Positions 52,438-63,783 of a DNA stretch of 64,000 bases are shown here, piece by piece. Source of the DNA: a virus; IMG/VR virus record IMGVR_UViG_3300011335_000809, positions 32,001 through 96,000 of that record. One strand, 5' to 3'. Position 1 is the first letter of the stretch; each line of letters opens with the position of its first letter. The position numbers and the translations under genes were made by a program. Below the pieces are notes generated by a model, which worked only from the letters and a program-made list of their open reading frames with translations, was not told the DNA's origin and ran no database searches.

Positions 52438-52574
52438 AGTATACTACTATAGTGTATGGTAGTATATTGGTCAATTTTATAATATGATGTATATACTGTA
52501 TTAATATATCCCCCGAGCAAATATGGGAGGGGGGTGCTTTACAAGTTGGAGAGTATGTGGTATGATGGTGATAT

Positions 52575-53150
52575 ATGGCGAATGAAACTAAGAAGCTCAA
52601 TGGGTATAGGTTAAAGAACAAGTATGATGAATATTTTAGGGGATGTGGTATAGACATTGGGTGTGGTGGTGATGTTTTGAGTAAGATGATATTTAAGAAT
52701 ATTGATAGTGTAGTTGTTTATGATAAGCAGTTTGATGTTAGCAATGATGCTATGTATTGTGGTAATATAGGTGATGGTGTGTTTGATTTTGTGTATAGTT
52801 CACATTGTTTGGAGCATATGGACAATCCGTATGAGGCGTTTAGTAATTGGTTGAGGATATGTAAGGTGGGTGGATATGTGATAGTTGCGATACCGCATGA
52901 GATTTTTTATGAAAAGTGTAAATGGCCATCTGTGTATAATGGTGATCATAAGACTAGTTGGACATTGGAATTTGCGTCTAATTTACCCAAGTCAATTAAT
53001 GTGATAGATTTTTTGAAGCATTTTGATGATGATATTGAGTTAATTAGGTGTAATAGTATAGTTAGCGATTTTGATTTTAATAGATTTGATGAAGATCAAA
53101 CTAGAGCAGATGCTATTTGTCAGATAGAATTTGTAGTGCGTAAGAAGTAA
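52575..53150 (+). CDS. class I SAM methyltransferase
   Basis: GIDIGCGG, FDFVYSSHCLEH, KVGG. Confidence 0.85.
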   Translation: MANETKKLNGYRLKNKYDEYFRGCGIDIGCGGDVLSKMIFKNIDSVVVYDKQFDVSNDAMYCGNIGDGVFDFVYSSHCLEHMDNPYEAFSNWLRICKVGGYVIVAIPHEIFYEKCKWPSVYNGDHKTSWTLEFASNLPKSINVIDFLKHFDDDIELIRCNSIVSDFDFNRFDEDQTRADAICQIEFVVRKK

Positions 53151-53244
53151 ATAGTAATACCCCGCGCAAATATGAAGAGGGGGGCTATATGATTAAGCGG
53201 GTATATATAGGGGGGTGGTTGTTAGGATGTTATAGTGTTGACAG

Positions 53245-54848
53245 ATGGTGAAGTGTGTGGTATTATGGGTATATATGAATGTGGTGAAGATGAATAATAA
53301 TCATACTGAGTATGATATAGTTAATGGTGAGTGGGTACGTAATGATAGTGACGATACGTTGTGTGTATATTTGTCGATACGATTAGATATAAGAGGAGTT
53401 ATGGGCAGTCTTGATTTTGGTAGGTTTGGTGGAATACGAGATTATTATGTGCGTAATTGTTATGGGGTGGGGTATACTAGTTGTAGCAGCAAGTGTGTGG
53501 GTGGAGTGTTGACTAATAGGGCTGTATTGGATCCTTGGAATAGATGTTTCAAGGTATTTCCTTATAAATATGTGAAAAATGTGAAGTACAGTTATGAGGG
53601 ATATTATAGTGATGTGGTGTATGGGACGGTGTATGGAGATGAAGATAAATGTAAGTTATCAGAGATTAGGCACAATGTGATATTATTGACTACTACGGTA
53701 AATGGTTGTATGGTGTATTGTGTTGATATATTGGCAGGAGTGTATAATTGTGTGTGATTGTTAATATATTTAATATCTTTATAATTACCCCACACAAATA
53801 TGAAGAGGGGGGCTTATAAATTATAATTTGGGTTTTAATCTTGACAAACTCTAGTGAAGTGGTGTAATATGGTTCAATAAATGATGGCAACGATTAAATA
53901 TCAAGCTGAATTGTTAAAGACTCACACTGATTATCCTATTACTAATAATCAATGGAAGTTAATGAGCATAATGAGCAATGGTTTAGGGTTATGGGATTAT
54001 TTGGATACATTACAATTGGCTCCAATTAATGTCACAACGCAATTTTCACGTTGTGGTACAGCACGATTTGCGGGTATCAAAGAATTTTACTTACGGGAAA
54101 GGTATCCTAATTGGATAGGTTATGATCTTGACCCTTGGGGACGTAAATTTGTAGTTATGCCAATGAATAAACGGACACATACATCAATGTATCAGTATTA
54201 TTGTTACGGTAGTATTAATCTTAATTTGAATGTGGATGTAATTGTAACCACTGTAAATAAATGCAGAGTTTACTGTGTGGATGTAACAAAAGATATATGA
54301 ATGATATTGATTTATATACAAAGTATAGTATAACCAACAAATATTGGAATTTGAGTAAACAAACCAATGTACATTATGTGGGTATTGGTGCGCTTATAAG
54401 GGGGTTGTATGCAATACAAAAATTGGGTAGCAATGTTGGATTGCCTCCATATGGCAATAGCAAGCTATTACCATTTGATGTGGAGTTTGAGTGTGCTAAG
54501 TTGGATGATAAGATACGTAATTATTATTATAGAACTATTATTCCCCAGTGTTTATTTAGCAACGATGATTATAAGAATTTAGGCATATATAATACAGATC
54601 CGTGGCTACGTGCATTTCCAATTTATATGACTGGTGATTATAACAATAGATATGTTGATGCATATGCATCAATTGATGCATTGAAGAATAATAGTTCTTG
54701 TGTATATAGTTATGTGCTATTTTATAAGGACAGGTTAATACGAAGTAATAGTAGATCTAATTTGATGAGTGGCAGTGTACCATTGGCTATAATGCATGTA
54801 ACAACATTGGAGGGTAAACCTATAGTTTGCGTGGATATTACTCATTAA
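53245..54848 (+). CDS. three tandem paralogues of a DPWxR...TTVxG family (53245-53757, 53881-54300, about 54297-54848)
   Basis: Shared Y.I.N..W, DPW.R.F and TT(V/L).G...CVD motifs. Confidence 0.65.
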
Positions 54849-54999
54849 TATGGGTGGGGGGTATAAATGTGACGAAGTTGTTACGAATGGGGCAAATTGA
54901 ATTTTATGGTATACTTGCGTGAATATCTATGGTAGATTGGGTTACATAGTTTCATAGTGTTTTCTGAGTGGAAAGTTGTTTATGAAATTGTGTGGTATA

Positions 55000-55050
55000 T
55001 AATAAATAAGATAATAAATAAGATAATAAATAAGATAATAAATAAGATAA
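55000..55050 (+). repeat. 12-nt tandem repeat AATAAATAAGAT, about 4 copies
   Basis: Directly upstream of the ATG at 55052. Confidence 0.9.
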
Positions 55051-55051
55051 T

Positions 55052-57202
55052 ATGAAGATTGTAAAAAATATGAAGTTTGGGTTATTGATTGCGTGTGTGA
55101 CATTATTAATGTCAGTGTTTACCGGCGTAAATGTGAGGGGGGATACCAATTATGTTAGTGGTTATTTGTATGGAAACCACAACTGGGTAGCTACCAATAC
55201 ATATATTTTGACTGGATTTACTTATGTGATGAGCAATGCGGTATTAAATATTGAAGCTGGTACTGTGGTTAAGGGATCGTCTGGAACAGGCACTAGTGGT
55301 ACTGCGGCAAATGACTTTGGTTGTTTGTTTGTGTGTAGGGGGGGTAAAGCAAATGCTAGTGGTACTGCTAGCAAGCCTATTATCTTTACTGCTGAGGTGG
55401 ATGATGTGACTGATAGTGGTGATTTACCATTTCCAAGCAGAGGTTTGTGGGGTGGAGTGGTATTGTTTGGTAATGCTAGGCTAAACAATGCTGGGTGGAC
55501 TACTAATAATGTGAATTATGAAATTTATGAAGGATTGCCTGATTTGTGTGTAACTAATGGTGTTACTGGACAGGTTGATTATCTGCATAGATTTGGTGGT
55601 AGTGATGATAATGATAGTTCGGGTGTATATCGTTATGTATCAGTTCGTCATGGTGGCAAGAAGTTGACAACGGATAAGGAGATTAATGGATGGTCATTGG
55701 GTACAATTGGCAGAGGTACAACTATGGAGTATTTGGAAGCATATTGCATTGCTGATGATGGATTTGAGTTCTTTGGTGGATGTGTAAATACAAAGTATTT
55801 GGTATCGGCGTTTAATGATGATGATGGATTTGATACTGATATGGGATATAATGGATCAAATCAATTTTGGTTTGGTATTCAAGAACCAGGCGCAAAAGAT
55901 AGTGGTGCTGAACAAAATGGTCAACCACAACCACCTGATGTGAGAGTAAGTGGTGCTTTGCCATTGGCTAATTATACGGTTGTTAATGCTACATTGATTG
56001 GAGCTGGTGTTGGTACTAGTGCTAATGATGCTTTGCGTTTTCGTCAAGAGAACAAGTCACGTTGGTACAACAGTATTTTTACTGATTTTGGTGGTGTACG
56101 AGTACGTATTGATGATGATGGAGTATCTACGCCTGAATTGAAGAACAATATTTTCTGGGGTTACAAGGTTGGATCTAATGAAGATTATGGTGGTACTTAT
56201 GTATCTGCTACTAGCAATCCTACGATTGATCCTAGGTTAGTTAGTATTAGTCGTAGTCCGGATGGCAAGTTGGATCCTACATTGCGTAGTGATAGTCCTG
56301 TTTATAATGAACCACATACATATCCTGTTGGATTTGACAATGTGAATTTTACAGGAGCGTTTGGTACACGTAATTGGGCACAGGGATGGACAGCATTGAG
56401 TGACGAGGGATTTTTTGCTGAATATGTACCCCAAGCAAAGTCTCCAGTATTAAGTGTATCATCTACTGCAACTGCATTGAAGATTAATTTTGTGTCTGAG
56501 TTGGGCAGAACATATAGTATTCAAAGCAGTGTGGTACCTGATCAGACTACTAATGATAGGCAGGTTGTGAGTCAGAATATTGTGGGTTATGTTCGTTTGA
56601 ATCTTACCCAGGGATATAATTTGATTGGTAACCAGCTAAATAATGGTAATAATCTAATTGGTAATGTATTGAATGTACCAGATGGCACTACCATTTATAA
56701 GTTTGATGGTAAGTATTCAGCCAATTCATATGTTGATGGTGCTTGGGATCTACCAACTATGACATTACCAGTTGGTGAAGGATTCTTTATTAATGTTCCT
56801 AGTGCTACTACCATTACATTGATTGGTGAAGTTAGTCAGAACAATAACAAGACATTGGCTAATGGAATTAGTTTGTTGTCGGTTCCAATGGCAGTGGGTG
56901 GTAGTTTGACTGATGTGGCTGGATTGGTAGCTAATGAGGGAGATGTTGTGTATCAATGGACTGGCACTGGATTTGGTGCTAAGGAATTTGTTGATGGTGT
57001 TTGGTCTCCATCTGTTCCTATTGTTAAAGTTGGTGAAGGTTTCTTTTTGAAGGGAAGTGGACGTAGTTATGTATTGAACAATGGTGGTAACAATAACAAT
57101 TGGAAGGTTGTACAATCAGGTGTGGTGGGTACTGGATCTGAATTGAGTGTGAATGTGAGTGTTGTTGATAGTGTTGGCTTTATTAGAGTTGTGGTTGAGT
57201 GA
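55052..57202 (+). CDS. secreted beta-helix surface protein with Verrucomicrobia-like C-terminal domain
   Basis: Signal peptide; LNIEAGTVVKG, WGGVVLFG, DDGFEFFGG, DDDGFDTD; SQNIVGYV.L.L..GYNLIGNQL. Confidence 0.7.
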   Translation: MKIVKNMKFGLLIACVTLLMSVFTGVNVRGDTNYVSGYLYGNHNWVATNTYILTGFTYVMSNAVLNIEAGTVVKGSSGTGTSGTAANDFGCLFVCRGGKANASGTASKPIIFTAEVDDVTDSGDLPFPSRGLWGGVVLFGNARLNNAGWTTNNVNYEIYEGLPDLCVTNGVTGQVDYLHRFGGSDDNDSSGVYRYVSVRHGGKKLTTDKEINGWSLGTIGRGTTMEYLEAYCIADDGFEFFGGCVNTKYLVSAFNDDDGFDTDMGYNGSNQFWFGIQEPGAKDSGAEQNGQPQPPDVRVSGALPLANYTVVNATLIGAGVGTSANDALRFRQENKSRWYNSIFTDFGGVRVRIDDDGVSTPELKNNIFWGYKVGSNEDYGGTYVSATSNPTIDPRLVSISRSPDGKLDPTLRSDSPVYNEPHTYPVGFDNVNFTGAFGTRNWAQGWTALSDEGFFAEYVPQAKSPVLSVSSTATALKINFVSELGRTYSIQSSVVPDQTTNDRQVVSQNIVGYVRLNLTQGYNLIGNQLNNGNNLIGNVLNVPDGTTIYKFDGKYSANSYVDGAWDLPTMTLPVGEGFFINVPSATTITLIGEVSQNNNKTLANGISLLSVPMAVGGSLTDVAGLVANEGDVVYQWTGTGFGAKEFVDGVWSPSVPIVKVGEGFFLKGSGRSYVLNNGGNNNNWKVVQSGVVGTGSELSVNVSVVDSVGFIRVVVE

Positions 57203-57224
57203 AGTAGAATAAAGTTATAGATAA

Positions 57225-57260
57225 GATCCCCGTTGATATTTTTATTGACGGGGATTTTTT
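57225..57260 (+). terminator. intrinsic terminator
   Basis: ATCCCCGTTGAT...ATTGACGGGATTTTTT. Confidence 0.7.
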
Positions 57261-57300
57261 ATTGTGGTAAACTTGGTCTAGATTTTATATTTATTAAGAT

Positions 57301-57885
57301 ATGACTAAAAACGAACTTAAACAATTGATCAAAGAAGTGCTTGCTGAACAAAATGCACTTACAACACTACAAATTTCTACAGTTGGTGGGGGTACTACAC
57401 TATTACTATATAGAGGAGATGCTAGACAAACTGAAAGATCATCTGATAAGCATTATAAGACTCCAACAAAATTTAAAGATTTGATTGCATCATTGAATAC
57501 TACAGGTGGTATGACTAGTGATGAATCAATTAAAAAGATATTGAAAAAGTTGACCCCAGCACAATTAAAAGAGTTGGCGAGAGAAAAGATTGTGGTTAGT
57601 GATAAAGTATCTATAGATGAAGCTAGTATCAATGAAGTACAAGGATATGTATTTGGTCCAATGGAGACTCCAAGCAATTGGATATCAACAAATGCTAAGC
57701 CCAAGATGAAGAATGGTACCAAGAAGTGGGTTGTATCAGCTGTTGATTTTCAAAAAGCATTTCCAAATATTCAAATGAAACAATTGCCAACTACGCCAAG
57801 TAAATATTCCAATTATTATGTGGTTGACAATGAAGGTGACTTGATTGCTTATTCACAATCAAATATTGGTAGTAGTTTAGATTAA
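57301..57885 (+). CDS. putative head-packaged protein
   Basis: MTKNELKQLIKEVLAE; TATTTAT upstream. Confidence 0.6.
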   Translation: MTKNELKQLIKEVLAEQNALTTLQISTVGGGTTLLLYRGDARQTERSSDKHYKTPTKFKDLIASLNTTGGMTSDESIKKILKKLTPAQLKELAREKIVVSDKVSIDEASINEVQGYVFGPMETPSNWISTNAKPKMKNGTKKWVVSAVDFQKAFPNIQMKQLPTTPSKYSNYYVVDNEGDLIAYSQSNIGSSLD

Positions 57886-57944
57886 TTAGAATATATTAAA
57901 TGTACCCCAACACTAAATGGTGTGGGGGTTTCTATTTATAAGAT

Positions 57945-58851
57945 AATGAGACGCATAGTAACTACAGATAAAAACGGCAAAAAGAAATTAGTAAATGTTC
58001 CTAGTTATGACAACGCATATGTCAATAATCAACTAGGTCAACCAGCATATGATGTAGGTACATTTAGCAATGGTGATGGATTTGTACCCAGTGAATTATT
58101 TGCTGCTGGTGAAAAGGGTGTTTGGTATGATATCAGTGATTTGTCTACATTGTTTCAAGATTCAGCTGGAACTATACCTGTTACTGGTGATGGTCAAACA
58201 GTGGGTAAAATATTGGATAAATCAGGCAACAATATTCACGCTACACAAGCTACTGCTGCAAATCGTCCTACATATAGAGTTGATGTTAATGGTTTATCTT
58301 ATTTACAATTTGATGGGGTTAATGATAGTTTAGTGAGTAGTACCTTGAATTTGAGTACCACAGATAAAGTAACGTGGTCGTCTGGATTGTATGTTGATAG
58401 TGCTGCCGCTGGAGCAGTAGTAATGGAATTTAGTGCAAATACAAATACAAATGCAGGAACTTTCTATTTGTCAGCTCCAAGTAGTGTTTTGGATCACGGT
58501 TTTGGATTAAGAGGAAGTAGTGCATCACCTGTATTTGCTGTAGTTTCAAATGTTCCTATCAATAATCAAAATTCGGATATTGCTACAGGTATATTGGATA
58601 TTGGACAAGCTACAAAAGAATTGGAATTGATTCCTAGATTGAATCAAACCACTATAACAAATATTAACTGGTCAGGTGCAGCAAATGCTGGTACTGGTAA
58701 TTTTGGTAGTTATCCATTGTATCTTGGTGCCCGTGCTGGCACATCATTATTCTTTAATGGACACGTATATCAAGTAATCATTAGGGGTGTTACATCAACC
58801 ACTGATGAAATATATAAGACAGAACGATATATTATAGATCGTATGCCTTAA
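57945..58851 (+). CDS. tail-associated LamG/ConA-like protein
   Basis: WYDISDLSTLFQDSAGT..V..DGQTVG.ILDKSGN; FDGVND. Confidence 0.7.
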
Positions 58852-58854
58852 TGT

Positions 58855-59688
58855 TTACATAACGAATATATCGCCTACACTAGCTCCTAAAACATCTTCA
58901 ATTAGATATGGTATTGTATTTGCAATACTATCTAATTTTTCTTGTGCTTCCTCTAAGTTTTGTGTAGTTGCGATAGTTTTGTTACCATAAGGACCAAATC
59001 CTACCAAAAGATTTTTAGTAAGTGGATTGAATGTAATTTTACCATCTTTTAAATATTGTACAAACAGTTCATAGTAAAATTCAAAGTATCTACGAGATAG
59101 TTTACCGTCTCTTGCACTGCGCATTGTACCGATGTGATTAAACAATCTACCTTTGGCTAAGTCGAATGTTCTTGATTTTTTGTAATCACTATTACCGTAT
59201 CTTGTACTTTCTTTGCTTTTGCCGTAAATCTTTAATAGTTCGTCAAATTCATTATCTAACCATTTGGTATAGTCTTGAAATTGAGGCGTTCTATTCATTG
59301 CGTGGCCTACTCTATGAATTATAGTCCAAGCTGTCATTGGAATTTTATCAGCAGCAGTATTACCCACGAAGAACACCGTGATGTTATTGTTATTGATTTC
59401 GATTTGATTAGGATTTAGGCCTAATCCTTCTGGATATGGTTTTACAATGAAATCGTAGGGTACTTTGCCTTTTTCACTAAATTTTCTGAGACCTGGTTTA
59501 TTAACAAAGTAAAAGTCAAAGTCAACTGATGTATTTTTTAACATATCTTTGACTTTTTGAATTGTTACAGGATGATTTAAAGCTGCTCGATCTCTTGGAT
59601 CTTTGTATGAAGCGCCTTTGTCAAATCCGCCTATGGCTGTGTATGTGCCTAGTGGCGCTTCGTTTAGTATGTCTTTAAGTTTAATCAT
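58855..59688 (-). CDS. putative head-packaged protein with degenerate zincin-like HRxxH motif
   Basis: MIKLKDILNE; WTIIHRVGHA...EFYYE. Confidence 0.55.
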   Translation of the reverse strand: MIKLKDILNEAPLGTYTAIGGFDKGASYKDPRDRAALNHPVTIQKVKDMLKNTSVDFDFYFVNKPGLRKFSEKGKVPYDFIVKPYPEGLGLNPNQIEINNNNITVFFVGNTAADKIPMTAWTIIHRVGHAMNRTPQFQDYTKWLDNEFDELLKIYGKSKESTRYGNSDYKKSRTFDLAKGRLFNHIGTMRSARDGKLSRRYFEFYYELFVQYLKDGKITFNPLTKNLLVGFGPYGNKTIATTQNLEEAQEKLDSIANTIPYLIEDVLGASVGDIFVM

Positions 59689-60680
59689 AGTGATTTAATA
59701 TAAATATCAGTTTCCCGCTTTAATTCATCTTCTGGTACATTATCTAGTTGATCGCCATACTTTTGTGTCCAGAATTGTTTGATCTTGCCTAAGATTGGAC
59801 CTGGCTTAATATCAAAGTTTTGCATAATCCATTCACCACCATATTTAGATTTAACTGGGGTAAATGATTCAATTTCTTTGATCTTATCCAAATAAGATTG
59901 ATATTTGTCTGGAAATAGTTTCTTTAGAAAATAATCTGGGTCATTTATAGTTTTATGTTTATTTAGATTTATCAATGATGTTCTAATATAATCCGCACTT
60001 GGTCTACCAGCTCTGACACGTTTTCTATCACTATGATTCATTGTTTGACCTTTATAGTCATTGATATCAAACATTGGACTGCTACTAATAAACTTTACAA
60101 CATCATCATTGTTTTGAATATCATCATAATCATTTAGTACATTACCATAACCAAGTATCTTCAAACCATCTTTTAGATTCTTGGTTATTAGTATATCGTG
60201 ATGTCTACCACTTTTATCTACATAAATCTTTAGGAAACCTGTTGTAGCATATTTGTAACCATTTTGTCTGGCCATTACGCCTAATATACCACTAAAGTCT
60301 CCTAGTGCTAAATAAGTCTTTTGTGCGTCAAAGTCTTCATCATTATCAGTGTGTATAAAGTCTATGTGTACATCTTTACCTAAATTAGATTTATAAAGCA
60401 CACTATAGATATTACCATTACGACTATACTCTTTAGCTTTGTTACCAAGTACGTTTAATAATGTATTCTTAACATCATTTCCCCCGGTTAATACAATGTC
60501 TATATCTCCGTGATCTTGTTTGGATGGTAATGATTTGCTTAATTCAAACTTATTGAATTTGTTACCCAGACGATTTTGTAGTTCGTCATAGATACTATTC
60601 ATTTCAGATGTGGTAACTCTACTGGCTTTAGTGCCAAATAGCTTACCGCCTTCTTTTAATAGATCCATTAATTTGATCAT
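59685..60680 (-). CDS. Pol-beta-family nucleotidyltransferase with CCA-enzyme-like C-terminal tail
   Basis: KQDHGDIDIVL, HIDFI; GEWIMQNFDIKPGPILGKI. Confidence 0.65.
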   Translation of the reverse strand: MIKLMDLLKEGGKLFGTKASRVTTSEMNSIYDELQNRLGNKFNKFELSKSLPSKQDHGDIDIVLTGGNDVKNTLLNVLGNKAKEYSRNGNIYSVLYKSNLGKDVHIDFIHTDNDEDFDAQKTYLALGDFSGILGVMARQNGYKYATTGFLKIYVDKSGRHHDILITKNLKDGLKILGYGNVLNDYDDIQNNDDVVKFISSSPMFDINDYKGQTMNHSDRKRVRAGRPSADYIRTSLINLNKHKTINDPDYFLKKLFPDKYQSYLDKIKEIESFTPVKSKYGGEWIMQNFDIKPGPILGKIKQFWTQKYGDQLDNVPEDELKRETDIYIKSL

Positions 60681-60681
60681 A

Positions 60682-61101
60682 TTATTTAAAAAATAATCTA
60701 TAGTCTGTTAATGATGTATAGTCTATTGATTTTGTGATATTATTTAATATGTAGTTATTAATAAAATATTCACACAATCCACATCCCAATATCCATTCCC
60801 ACATTTTATGTAAAATTATTTTATTATCGTTTAATTGGTACATAAAAAATGCTTCTGTATAATCACTATTAACCAATGTTGTTATTGTATAATCTCCGGC
60901 GGTATATTCATAAATATCGAATTTTTCAAAAGTTCCTATTTTTCTAGCAACTTCTTTTACGCCTATCGTAAACAAATAAGTGCCACTAAAGCTATTTAGT
61001 TTATTGGGATCAAAATCAAGTGGCGATATTTTAAGAGGAGTTTCAAATAAAGACACTAGATCTTTATGAGAAGATTCAAATACTTCACACAAAGTAATCA
61101 T
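60682..61101 (-). CDS. hypothetical protein
   Basis: 139 aa, coupled in operon. Confidence 0.55.
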   Translation of the reverse strand: MITLCEVFESSHKDLVSLFETPLKISPLDFDPNKLNSFSGTYLFTIGVKEVARKIGTFEKFDIYEYTAGDYTITTLVNSDYTEAFFMYQLNDNKIILHKMWEWILGCGLCEYFINNYILNNITKSIDYTSLTDYRLFFK

Positions 61102-61613
61102 AGGTTTATAAAGTACTTGCCATTCGGACCACTATATTTGAATCGGGTAATTGGTAGAGCTATATTTAGATTATCTTTGATATGTGGAAAAGTACCTTTC
61201 TTTACATAAGCTAGAGTCATATGGGGATTGTATGTAGGATAACTATCATTATTAGGATAACCATCACATCTACGTCTTAGTTCTGTGAGTGTAGGACATT
61301 TTTGTACTTCAAATTTTACCACATCGTACTTTTCATTTTCAAATAAGTTGAGTGCTTTTAATACAATATTGAATGGTTTCATTCCTTGTAGTATTTTAGC
61401 CACGTTCATTTTACTTAAATCGGGTTCAAAACCATATTTTAGTGAAACGTGTGGTTCAGTATCATAACCGTATGTAGGATCGTTTGGATCTGTATATAGT
61501 ATTTGTGGAGGTATTGCAGTTCTACCTAATCTAATAACGTGTGGTCCATAGGTAGGACTCACTTGTGCCATTAGACATCCTTTTTCAACGTGACGATTTT
61601 CTGAAAGTATCAT
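61098..61613 (-). CDS. 2H phosphoesterase, T4 gp57B/Acb1-like
   Basis: EPHVSLKYG and YNPHMTLAY two-His motifs. Confidence 0.8.
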   Translation of the reverse strand: MILSENRHVEKGCLMAQVSPTYGPHVIRLGRTAIPPQILYTDPNDPTYGYDTEPHVSLKYGFEPDLSKMNVAKILQGMKPFNIVLKALNLFENEKYDVVKFEVQKCPTLTELRRRCDGYPNNDSYPTYNPHMTLAYVKKGTFPHIKDNLNIALPITRFKYSGPNGKYFINL

Positions 61614-61694
61614 ATCTTATAAATATACCACGAACAAAGATACAGATCAAGAAAGTACTTGACTTTGTTTGGGGAAGCTGTTAATATAAATTAT

Positions 61695-63783
61695 ATGACT
61701 ATTGAAAAGACTTATAAACTAACAATTAAAGACACCGCATATTTTCTTACTGAAGAAGAAGTATCAGCTTTGTATACAGAGTGTGGTAAGGCATTGAAGA
61801 TTAGTGCAACCAATCCAAATTGGCCTACTTATCCTCCGGGTGTAAGAAAGCTTGATGATAACACTTCGACAGGAAACCCGCAATGGCCTACTTATCCATA
61901 CACACAGTGTGGAGATGTGCCTTTTGGTACTACTACAAGTGGTACTACTGACAATTCAGTGATGGATTGGCATAACTATCATAGTGTTACTGGTGGCATT
62001 AAATCTGCCAATGTACCATCATCTAAGGGTATTAATTTTCTTTCAGATGATATGACGACTATCAAAGACAATAACAACTGGCGTTCATCTGTACAACAAG
62101 CACTTGATAAGCTTAGTGCTAAAACTAATGTTACTACGAGTGACGGCACTACAATTAGATAATATATGAGCAAACAGATTTATATTGAGAAGTTGGCAGA
62201 AGTGACGGGCGGATTACCTGCAATAAAGATGGAAGAACATATTGCGGGTGAATCTCAAGGTGATAATTACAGCATTCCGATTGAATATAACTTAGAGGGT
62301 TATCTACTATATGAAATTGAAGTGGGTAAGAATGTGATTATTGATAGACTCAAGCGTAATGGTGTAGAGGTGCGTGGTGTGTTTACTACATCCAGAGTGA
62401 CTGAGGTGGGTGATAAGTATTTTAAAACACAAAATTCTGTATATAAATATTCATTTCTGTGAGTTCTATTAAAATTACACAATTACCAAATGGACCGTGG
62501 CGTGAATATGCGTTAGAAGCGCAACGTCGTGGACTTGAAAAGATTAGTGATTGTCGTTTAAGTGGTACTGATGTAATTTTAATTGGTGCTATTGATATGA
62601 TACGAGAATTAAATGAAAAGATAACAAAGTTAGAATCTAAATCAGAATAAATTTTTGTGAATGTTACCGCAGCAATAAATGTTCCGTGTGTAAGTCAGAC
62701 CAACTTATGGAAAGGATGCTTTGAAGATCATTTTTTAAGTGGTAAAGAAATTGATGCTAAGTATCCTATTTTAAATACTAAGTGGAAATACTCACATCAT
62801 AAATTGCGAGATGGCTATGATGGATATTATTATGCTTATGAAAAAGACATTGGCACAGGAATAATGTTTGACCCGTGGCTTAGAGAGTTTAAAGTTAATA
62901 TGCCTATTGCTGACGATGTATATAAATCAAAAATGTATTATACCACTGTGGAAAGTAATCTGATATTGTTGGTAGTATATAAAAAGAAAGATTGATATGA
63001 ATGTTACCGCAACAAAAATTTCTGGTGAAGAAATACACAAAAAGTATCCTATAACAAATACTAAGTGGAAATATTCAAATAGAGAGTATGATTGGAATGA
63101 TAATAATGGATATTACTATTCCAATTATAAAGATTGGATTACAGAAATAATCACAGATCCATGGCGTAGAAATCTTATTAATAATGACAATCCGATTAAT
63201 AGAACTGAATTATACTCTATTTTTTCTACAACCGTGGAGGGTAATAAGATTATATTGATAATTTATTTAAAGACATATCGCTGACGATGTATATAAATCA
63301 AAAATTGATATGAATAATGAAAATACTGAACATAAAGTGGATGTAACATTCACAACTGGTGAAGCAACTAACGAATATTTAAAAAATAAAATAATACCTA
63401 TTATCTATATGAATGAAGAAGAATTTGATATAAAGGACGATAGACGGACATATTATTACAACATTCGTGGTACGATGGAACCAGACTATGAAAGTATGGC
63501 GGCTTATCTATTGGATGTAGGTATATTGTTTGTAAGTTCAGCAATCAGTAAACACAATGGTAAAGATTGTTTGGCATTGTATGTATTAATTAATGATTAT
63601 TTTGTACCCGCTTCAGATGGTGAAGAAGTAACATATGATGAATTGCCAAAGTTGTATGAATTGTATAAAGAAAGAAAACACGATGGTGTTTCTCAATTTG
63701 TAGCAGATAAACGAGGTATACCAAACATTTATTGGAAGGATGAAGGTAGTGACTTTCAGAAAAGAGTTAAAGAAAAGAGTTGA
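61695..63783 (+). other. operon of short hypothetical ORFs (61695-62162, 62166-62462, 62459-62650, 62657-62995, 62997-63284, 63310-63783)
   Basis: TTGACT promoter at about 61659; 62657 and 62997 belong to the DPWxR family. Confidence 0.65.
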
